A DNA stretch of 64,000 nt from an uncultured Acidobacteriota bacterium. Its GTDB lineage: Bacteria > Acidobacteriota > Thermoanaerobaculia > Gp7-AA8. The translations under genes were made by a program, and so were the position numbers. The DNA lies in assembly GCA_963741955.1 (NCBI GenBank), contig CAVUKB010000006.1:64001-128000 (forward strand), read 5' to 3'. Below the pieces are notes generated by a model, which saw nothing but the letters and a program-made list of their open reading frames with translations, was not told where the DNA came from and ran no database searches. This document shows, in pieces, positions 57,381 to 64,000 of the stretch (its first letter is position 1; each line of letters starts with the position of its first letter).

Positions 57381-57785
57381 TCAGACGCCTTTGTTCTTGT
57401 CGTCCCAGATTTTCGGCTCCCAGAGCTCGACTTTGTTCCCCTCCGGATCCATGATCCAGGCGAACTTGCCGTTCTCGTGCGATTCGGGGCCCTGGACGAT
57501 CTCCACACCACCCGCACGAAGCTGCGCCAGCAGCTCGCCGAGGTCGTCGACCCGGTAGTTGATCATGAAGGAAGAATTGCTCGGGCTGAACCACTGGCTG
57601 TCTCCATCCGCGACATGCCACACTGTGAGCCCGCGGTCCTCGGCCTCGTCGTTCGGCCATCTGAGGATCGCGCCGCCGAACGATTCCAGCGGCATACCCA
57701 GGTATTTCCGATACCACTCTGCAAGCGCGGCGCTCTCGCCTTTACTCTTGAAGAAGACGCCGCCGATTCCGGTAACCTTCGCCAT
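57381..57785 (-). CDS. VOC/glyoxalase family protein
   Basis: MAKVTGIGGVFFK, FMINYRVDDL, GKFAWIMDPEGNKVELWEP; GGAGG RBS. Confidence 0.93.
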   Translation of the reverse strand: MAKVTGIGGVFFKSKGESAALAEWYRKYLGMPLESFGGAILRWPNDEAEDRGLTVWHVADGDSQWFSPSNSSFMINYRVDDLGELLAQLRAGGVEIVQGPESHENGKFAWIMDPEGNKVELWEPKIWDDKNKGV

Positions 57786-57825
57786 CGCTTCCCTCCTCCG
57801 TATCGAGCCGCCTGACTGGTGCTCA

Positions 57826-57907
57826 GGCGAACGTATTCGAGAATCGCCTGGCCCGCGCGCGTGCCGCGGCTTCCGTCGCTGCCGGCACGGCACGAGCCGC
57901 GCGCCCA
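57826..57907. repeat. Direct repeat copy 2 with a downstream GTT core on the minus strand; attC-like remnant
   Basis: Same 36-bp core as 56324-56359; the minus strand continues to ACGTTCGCC just upstream of the VOC gene. Confidence 0.6.
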
Positions 57908-57918
57908 TGTGCTGGCCT

Positions 57919-58416
57919 TTACGACGGGAGCTGCAGCGCGTCCACCCGGTTGAATCGCGGAATCGAGGTGTCCCGGTCCGAGATTGACGGCTCTTCCGCC
58001 TTCATGTCGATGATGCAGCCGTAGCCGGGATAAGCAACCAGAATCGCCTTCCGCCGGAGAACGTCGTCGACCAGCCGCACGTACAGCTCGCGATCGGTCA
58101 GATGGTTGGTGTTCTGCACGTACATCCCGAGCATGGCCAGACGCTGGAGGAGCTCGGTGAGCGTCTCCTGAAGTGCTTCGTCTTTGATCCGGTTCGTGGC
58201 GACGACCTTGAGTCCCGAGCGCTTCACCGCGTTGAGAGGAATCACCGGACGGATCGGCGGAACGCGTCCCATCTGCACTCCCCAGTGCGCCGCGTTGCAG
58301 AAATCATCCTCGAGGACCATCCGCATCGTCTGCGCGATCCCACCGAGCCCTTCTTCGTCGCGAGCCTCCATCACTCCCCAGCTCGGAATCCTGTAGACGG
58401 TGCTGTACGTCTGCAT
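57919..58416 (-). CDS. Hypothetical protein
   Basis: GAGGAGG RBS; NTNHLTDRELY..L motif; protein-like composition. Confidence 0.65.
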   Translation of the reverse strand: MQTYSTVYRIPSWGVMEARDEEGLGGIAQTMRMVLEDDFCNAAHWGVQMGRVPPIRPVIPLNAVKRSGLKVVATNRIKDEALQETLTELLQRLAMLGMYVQNTNHLTDRELYVRLVDDVLRRKAILVAYPGYGCIIDMKAEEPSISDRDTSIPRFNRVDALQLPS

Positions 58417-58563
58417 GCACGAACCCTCCTCACGGCGATTTTTCCGAGGATAGCAAATCGGATGGTGGATATGGACGAAATCGCCCGAGCAGGATACCGG
58501 CGCCGGTGACGATCCGGAGCAGGATTCTCGAATTGCGAGTCCCGACCTCCTCTTTCCCGGCCC

Positions 58564-59373
58564 TCATCCTTCGCCGGTAAGAGGTCCTTCGGCCCGTCCC
58601 TCCACGAACTGACGCACGATCGGATTCTTCGACTCCCGGAATTCTTCCGGAGTCCCTTCCTCGATGATCCTACCCTGGTAGACCATCGCGATCCGGTCCG
58701 CGATCTTGTACGCGACTTTCATGTCGTGCGAGATCGTCACGGTCGTCGTGTTCAGACGCTGATCCATCTCCAGGATCAGATCGGCGACCACGTCGCTGAT
58801 CACCGGGTCGAGACCGGTGGTCGGCTCGTCGAAGAGGAGAATGTCCGGCTCGAGCGCGATGGCTCGGGCGAAGCCGACCCGGCGGCGCATCCCTCCGGAC
58901 AACTCGGATGTCTTCTTCGTATCGACGTCCTGAAGATGCACCAGCTCCAGGCATTCGTGCACGCGATCGGCGATCTCCGCCTCGTTCTTGTCGGTGTGCC
59001 GCCGCAGCGGAAACGCGATGTTCTCGAAGACGTTCATCGAATCGAACAGCGCACCTTCCTGAAACGACATCCCGAAGCTGCGCCGGATCTGGTTCAGCTC
59101 CACCTTTTTGAGGCAGCAGAGATCGATCCCGGAGACGAGGACGTGACCGGCGTCCGGCTGGAGGAGTCCGATGATCAGCTTCAGAGTGACGCTCTTCCCG
59201 ACACCCGATCCGCCGACGATGACCACCGATTCGCCACGATGAACCTTCAGGGTCAGCCCGCGCAGGACCTGCTTGTCACCGAAGGCCTTGTAGACATCGT
59301 CGATGGTGAGGATGATCTCGTCCTCGAACGGACGGCGCCTGAGCGATGAACTCTCGTGTGTGCTGGAGGTCAT
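58564..59373 (-). CDS. mlaF: ABC transporter ATP-binding protein, MlaF/Mkl family
   Basis: GGSGVGKS, FQEGALFDS, LSGGMRRRV, FDEPTTGLDP; follows mlaE. Confidence 0.92.
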   Translation of the reverse strand: MTSSTHESSSLRRRPFEDEIILTIDDVYKAFGDKQVLRGLTLKVHRGESVVIVGGSGVGKSVTLKLIIGLLQPDAGHVLVSGIDLCCLKKVELNQIRRSFGMSFQEGALFDSMNVFENIAFPLRRHTDKNEAEIADRVHECLELVHLQDVDTKKTSELSGGMRRRVGFARAIALEPDILLFDEPTTGLDPVISDVVADLILEMDQRLNTTTVTISHDMKVAYKIADRIAMVYQGRIIEEGTPEEFRESKNPIVRQFVEGRAEGPLTGEG

Positions 59374-59379
59374 GATTCC

Positions 59380-60150
59380 TCAGAACATCATCTTGGTCAG
59401 GAAGAAGTCCGTGAGAAGAATGATCAGCGATGCAGAGACGACCGCAGTCGTCGTCGCGCGCCCCACCCCTTCGGCCCCGCCCGTCGTGTAATACCCACGA
59501 ACGCATCCGGTGAGAGTGAGAATCAGTCCGAAACTCGCGGCCTTCACCAGTCCGGTCCAGAAGTCGGACAACTCGAGAAACTGAAAGGTGTTCTGCTGAT
59601 AGAGGACGGGGTTCGCCCCGAGGAGCTTCACTGCGACGAGATACCCGCCGAAGATTCCGATGCCGTCACCAAGGATGGTGAGGAACGGCAGCATGATCGT
59701 ACCGGCGATCACGCGTGGTACGAAGAGATAGTGGACCGGATCGGTGGCCAGCGCCTCGAGGGCATCGAGCTGTTCGGTGACCCGCATCGTGCCGATCTCC
59801 GCCGCCATCGACGATCCGACGCGTCCGGTGACCATCAGTGCAACGAGAACCGGCCCGAGCTCGCGAAGCATCGCCAGCGCCACGACACTTCCGACGAAGT
59901 TCTCCGCGTGTACCCGCGAGAAGCCGGTATAGGTCTGCAGAGCGAGCACCATTCCGGTGAACATGCTGGTGAGGAAGACCACTGGGACCGACTCCACTCC
60001 GACGCGCACCATCTGCCCCAGCCAGAGCGAGAACTCGAACGGCGGACGCGCCGCCCAGACGAACGTCCGGCCGAGCATCTGAAACCATCGACCGGTCTCC
60101 TCGAATACGGCGAGGAACTTGATCCCGATCAGTTCGAATACGCTGGTCAT
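59380..60150 (-). CDS. mlaE: ABC transporter permease, MlaE family
   Basis: RELGPVL..LMVTGRVGSSMAAEIGTMRVTEQLDALE, GGAEGVGRATT. Confidence 0.95.
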   Translation of the reverse strand: MTSVFELIGIKFLAVFEETGRWFQMLGRTFVWAARPPFEFSLWLGQMVRVGVESVPVVFLTSMFTGMVLALQTYTGFSRVHAENFVGSVVALAMLRELGPVLVALMVTGRVGSSMAAEIGTMRVTEQLDALEALATDPVHYLFVPRVIAGTIMLPFLTILGDGIGIFGGYLVAVKLLGANPVLYQQNTFQFLELSDFWTGLVKAASFGLILTLTGCVRGYYTTGGAEGVGRATTTAVVSASLIILLTDFFLTKMMF

Positions 60151-61346
60151 GCTCGACTGCTTTCCTTCCTCACTCGTCCGGCGAAGCGCGAACGGATGGT
60201 GGACGCTCCATCCCGGCGATAGATCCGCGGTACACGCGCGCTCACCCGGCAGAATACCTCGTACGGGATTGTACCGGTCCAGTGCGCGATCTCCTCCGCC
60301 GGAATTTCTTCGTCCCCCTGCCGACCGAGGAGGACCACTTCGTCGCCGATCGCGACACCCTCGACATCGGTCACGTCGATGGTGATCAGATCCATCGAGA
60401 CGCGTCCAATCACCGCGACCCGTCTCCCGCGGATCAGTACCTCCGCACGGTTCGACAGGAGTCGATCGTATCCGTCCGCATACCCCACCGGCAGAGTCGC
60501 GACGCGCGTGGTGCGCCTCGTCTGAAACGTGCGTCCATATCCGACCGACGAACCCGGCGGCAGAGTCTTCAGCCGTGCCACCTCGGTGCGCCAGCGCATC
60601 AGCGGTTCGAGCCGTGTCGTTCCGCGGTCCATCGGCTCTCCACCGTAGAGGGCGATCCCGACCCGGACGAAATCGCCCGGAGTGACGAGTCCCCGCATCA
60701 CCGCGGCGCTGTTCGCGAGATGGTGGACCGGAGCGTCGAGACCTCCATGTGCGAGCCGCGCGAGCATCCGCTCGAAATTCGCGAGTTGCGTTTCGGTGTA
60801 CGGATCGTCCGGATCCGACGCGTTTGCGAAGTGGCTGTACACCCCGTCGACGCGAAGGGAAGGGGCGGAGCGGAGCGTCTCGAGCATCCCGTCCAGATCG
60901 GATTCGAGGAATCCCATCCGTCCCATCCCGCTGTCGAGCTTCAGGTGGATGTGGAGATCGGCCTCTCTCTTCCGGGCGTATCCGGCGAGGAGGTCGAGCT
61001 CTTCCGGTCCGACCACGCCGCACGTGATCTCCGCTCGCGAGGCCATCTCGATCTGCTCGTCCGACGCGACCGGTCCGAGGAGGAGGATGGTGCCCTCGAT
61101 TCCGGCGTCGCGTAGCTCGATCGCTTCCTCGAGGAGTGCGACCGCGAATACGTCGACGCCTTCGTCGAGAGCCGCGCGTGCGACCTCGACCGCACCGTGA
61201 CCATACGCGTCGGCCTTCACCACCGCCACCAGGCGCGCAGCCGTTCCGGTCCGCGCGCGGACTGCGCGGACGTTGCGGACGAATGCGTCGAGATCGATCT
61301 CGGCGAACGTCGGGCGGAACGAGCTCAGCTCAGGCGTGATAGACAT
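60147..61346 (-). CDS. alr: Alanine racemase
   Basis: AVVKADAYGHG, HLKLDSGMGRMG, SHFA, VGYADG, GRVSMD, TIPYE. Confidence 0.97.
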   Translation of the reverse strand: MSITPELSSFRPTFAEIDLDAFVRNVRAVRARTGTAARLVAVVKADAYGHGAVEVARAALDEGVDVFAVALLEEAIELRDAGIEGTILLLGPVASDEQIEMASRAEITCGVVGPEELDLLAGYARKREADLHIHLKLDSGMGRMGFLESDLDGMLETLRSAPSLRVDGVYSHFANASDPDDPYTETQLANFERMLARLAHGGLDAPVHHLANSAAVMRGLVTPGDFVRVGIALYGGEPMDRGTTRLEPLMRWRTEVARLKTLPPGSSVGYGRTFQTRRTTRVATLPVGYADGYDRLLSNRAEVLIRGRRVAVIGRVSMDLITIDVTDVEGVAIGDEVVLLGRQGDEEIPAEEIAHWTGTIPYEVFCRVSARVPRIYRRDGASTIRSRFAGRVRKESSRA

Positions 61347-62034
61347 GAATGTTCTGGCCGTTGAGCGGCCTCGATCGATCCGATGCAAGAAACAGGATCA
61401 CCTCGGCAACTTCGGACGGTCCCATGTCGGGCACCAGATCCGGAAGCGCCTCCCGCAGCATCGGCGTATCGACAGATCCTGGAGAAACCGCGTTGACCCT
61501 CACCCCGTACGGCGAGACCTCGACCGACAGCGCGTCGGTGAAGGAGATCACCGCCCCCTTCGACGCGCAGTACGCGGACGAACCGGGAAATTTCCGTGGA
61601 CCGGGCACCCCCGAGATCGATGCGACGTTCACGATCACGCCGCGGCGACGCTCGAGCATCGCCGGAAGCGCCCGGCGGCAGGTGAGGAACATCCCGCGGA
61701 TGTTGACGTTGAAGACCCGGTCCCAGTCGGCAATGGCCATCTCCGTCAGCGGACGTGGCGCGGATGTCCCGGCGTTGTTGACCAGGATGTCGCACGGACC
61801 GAATCGCTCTTCGCAGGCGTGAAAGAGAGCCTCGACGGATGCAGGCTCGGAGAGATCGCCGGGAACGGCGAGAAAGCGCTCCGGATCGCGCGCGGCGAGC
61901 TCTTCCAGCTTTTCCTTCGAACGGGCGAAGACGACTACCCGCGCGCCCTCGCGCGCGAGCCGTTCGGCCGTCGCGAGGCCGATCCCGCTCGACGCTCCGG
62001 TCACGATCGCGGTTCTCTCTTCGAGCTCACCCAC
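61330..62034 (-). CDS. SDR-family NAD(P)-dependent oxidoreductase
   Basis: VTGASSGIG, LVNNAG, YCASK, RVNAVSPG; GTG start chosen 7 nt after TAGAAT. Confidence 0.92.
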   Translation of the reverse strand: MGELEERTAIVTGASSGIGLATAERLAREGARVVVFARSKEKLEELAARDPERFLAVPGDLSEPASVEALFHACEERFGPCDILVNNAGTSAPRPLTEMAIADWDRVFNVNIRGMFLTCRRALPAMLERRRGVIVNVASISGVPGPRKFPGSSAYCASKGAVISFTDALSVEVSPYGVRVNAVSPGSVDTPMLREALPDLVPDMGPSEVAEVILFLASDRSRPLNGQNIHVYHA

Positions 62035-62198
62035 GCCGCGCATTCTATAGAGGCGAGGGGCGAGAGGCGAGCGGCGATGTGACGAGGGGGCAACGCTCCA
62101 ATTCCACACGGCTTACCGAGTTTCGGGGGAGCGGGTGCTGTCCGCGTTCTTTGGTGAATTCACTCGACGGTGCGAGTATCGACGACACTCGGTCCTTG

Positions 62199-62454
62199 AC
62201 CTACGTCATCGATTCCGGGGTCGCCCCACTGGCGGAATACTCATGTTGACGACACCTCGAATCGACGGATCCGACTGATGGCGCACACGTGGGCTGGACC
62301 ACAGATACGGACTACCGGAATTCAGATTCCGCATTTGGCCAATGTATTGATATCTTCGCTCCCGAAACGAACATCCCGGCTCCGCGCCAGAAAGGCTTCG
62401 TGTACGAGTGGAGCGGATGCTCCTTCGCCGTGCCGCATGTCACTGGCGTCGCGG
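62199..62454 (+). pseudogene. Collapsed remnant of a subtilisin (S8, proteinase K-like) protease gene
   Basis: YVIDSGV (Asp motif), DGAHVG (degenerate HGTHVAG) and CIDIFAP...WSGCSFAVPHVTGVAA (Ser motif) squeezed into ~250 bp with stops or frameshifts; cut off by the MITE. Confidence 0.65.
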
Positions 62455-62802
62455 CTAGGAGTCTGCGCGATAGAAACGTCCGTAGCGAGAAAGCGGAGCA
62501 ACGAGGCCAAATTCGTTCGGATTTGAGGTGCGTAGCGGTGGCTACTCGCCGAAAATCCGGGCGGATTTGGACCGTTGATCCGCTTTCGCAGTAGGACAGT
62601 TTCGACCGCGCAGACTCCTAGCCCGCATTTCTCACACCATCTCGTCGCCAGGAGGCGGAGAGTGGCCTGGATGCAAGGCGCGCCCCGCTTCGGCGACGAA
62701 GGCATAGTGGTGACTATGTCGAGGAGCCGAAGCCGGGCGCAACGCAACAGACAGGCCGCTATCCGGCTCCGCAGCAGAGATGGCGTGAGAAATGCGGGCC
62801 AG
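62455..62802. mobile_element. Composite MITE-like element, copy 2 (module A inverted, then module B)
   Basis: CTAG-GAGTCTGCGCG...CGCGCAGACTC-CTAG followed by GCCCGCATTTCTCAC...GTGAGAAATGCGGGC; homologous to 10813-11112. Confidence 0.78.
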
Positions 62803-62957
62803 GTTCATGATGATCGATAAGACCGCCAATCCATCAACCATCGAGGGCTACATCAAAGCGAAGGCAACCGTCGACAGGCTCCATGACATCGGAACCGGAT
62901 CACCCAACCTTCTCTTGTATTCGGTCCGGCGCAGCCGGACAACCGGAGGATTCTGAC

Positions 62958-63671
62958 GTGCGAAGCGCGGCAATTGCTCTGATTATTGGGTCGATCCTCT
63001 CGCTTCCGCAGACCGGATCCGCGGCCACTGCGGAACGCGAGCGGATCCTTCTGCCTGTACAGGCCGTGATGCAGCCAGGGGCGTTCGGCTCGATCTGGAA
63101 CACGACCACATCGATCTACAACGCGGGTGGGAGCAGCGTCATGCTGTTCTTACCGCCGACCGGGGCAGCGAGGGAGATCGCCCCCGGGGCGACGATCACG
63201 GATCTCCATGCAGGAGCGGTCGAAGTTTCCGCCGATGAAGCGGACGCAATCTACATTCGCACCATACTGAGAAACGTAGCCGATCCGCTCGACGTCGGTA
63301 CGGCAGTATCGTCGGTTCGTCCCTCCGGTTGGCAGACGGGCGCACTGCGGGTGGCCGGAGTCCCGATTATCATCGGGGCCAGATATCGCTTGCGGGTCTT
63401 TTCGACCTCCGAAAGCGTCGATCTGATATCGGTCGACGTGATCGATTCGAACAGCGGGCATACGGTCTTTTCTTCGTCGGGACATCTCGACGGCGCCCTC
63501 CCCTGGAGCCGGTCGGAATTCGATCTCGGAGATCCCACGAGTTGGTCAGGGGCCGATGAGAACGCGCGATTGGTCGTTCGAGCAGAAGATGACGGCGCTC
63601 CTCTCTACGCGCTCCTCAGTACTACCGACAACGTGACACAGCGAGTTCTGTTGTTGACATCGGATCGTTAG
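62958..63671 (+). CDS. Secreted protein consisting only of a divergent copy of the recurrent domain
   Basis: GGAGG RBS, signal peptide, ILLPV...PGAFGSIWNT...YN and LYALLSTTDNVTQ. Confidence 0.7.
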   Translation: MRSAAIALIIGSILSLPQTGSAATAERERILLPVQAVMQPGAFGSIWNTTTSIYNAGGSSVMLFLPPTGAAREIAPGATITDLHAGAVEVSADEADAIYIRTILRNVADPLDVGTAVSSVRPSGWQTGALRVAGVPIIIGARYRLRVFSTSESVDLISVDVIDSNSGHTVFSSSGHLDGALPWSRSEFDLGDPTSWSGADENARLVVRAEDDGAPLYALLSTTDNVTQRVLLLTSDR

Positions 63672-63740
63672 CAGCGGCCACCGGCTGCGCGCCACGAACG
63701 CGCGCCCCTGAAGGGTCCTCGAGCCTTTATAATCTCACGC

Positions 63741-64000
63741 ATGCAGATGGACCCAGCCGTCTCCTCGTGGATCGAGCTCGTTCTTCGTTGGAGCCACGTC
63801 GCCTTCGCGTTCGCATGGGTCGGATTCGGATGGTTCTTCGTCTGGATCGCGGCACCGGCAGTCTCGAAGCTCTCCGGCCCGGCGCGGAACGAAGCGGCGC
63901 CGCTCCTGCTCGGGCGCGGCCTCCGCTGGCTCGGATGGAGCGCCGTCTTCGGATGGATCACCGGTCTCTTTCTCCTCGTGTTTCTCTACTACTTTCGCTT
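63741..64000 (+). CDS. 3'-truncated membrane protein, urate hydroxylase PuuD-like / DUF989 N-terminus
   Basis: Not in the ORF track because it runs off the end: MQMDPAVSSWIELVLRWSHVAFAFAWVG...RWLGWSAVFGWITGLFLL; TATAAT 7 nt upstream. Confidence 0.6.
   Translation, partial: MQMDPAVSSWIELVLRWSHVAFAFAWVGFGWFFVWIAAPAVSKLSGPARNEAAPLLLGRGLRWLGWSAVFGWITGLFLLVFLYYFR

Noticed and set aside
1-64000. tRNA, rRNA, riboswitch (e.g. TPP upstream of thiS), prophage or autonomous IS
   Set aside because: No recognisable conserved motifs by eye; covariance-model searches were not possible, so small RNAs cannot be strictly excluded.

Overview
High-GC bacterial chromosomal segment. Gene content and a recurrent secreted-protein domain suggest Acidobacteriota, probably Thermoanaerobaculia; this is inference, as there is no rRNA in the window. 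About 55 CDS are mostly housekeeping (proS, pyrE, thiS/moeB, uvrD/pcrA, tatA, rfbD, tlyA, dxs, ispA, xseAB, mlaEF, alr). Others include a propeller-GGDEF sensor, a heme-c-fused cytochrome bd-like pair, a triple-adaptor MacB-type exporter, a LigD polymerase module and an ECF/anti-sigma pair. No rRNA, tRNA, CRISPR array, integrase or transposase was recognised. Intergenic DNA is rich in repeats: four oriented (GATCGAG)n two-tier heptamer arrays around proS/yqeY, three REPIN/BIME-like tandem arrays (187 bp; ~232-241 bp in two inverted copies), a composite two-module MITE in two full copies and one decayed copy, and attC-like remnants in a small accessory patch at 55.3-58.4 kb. The strongest lead is a ~230-aa domain (P-x-G-A-x-[GS]-S-x-W...D-[NG]-x-[TS]-G-D) at the C-terminus of three otherwise unrelated exported proteins, a candidate lineage-specific surface sorting/anchoring module. 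All calls come from reading the sequence and ORF track; no database searches were run.
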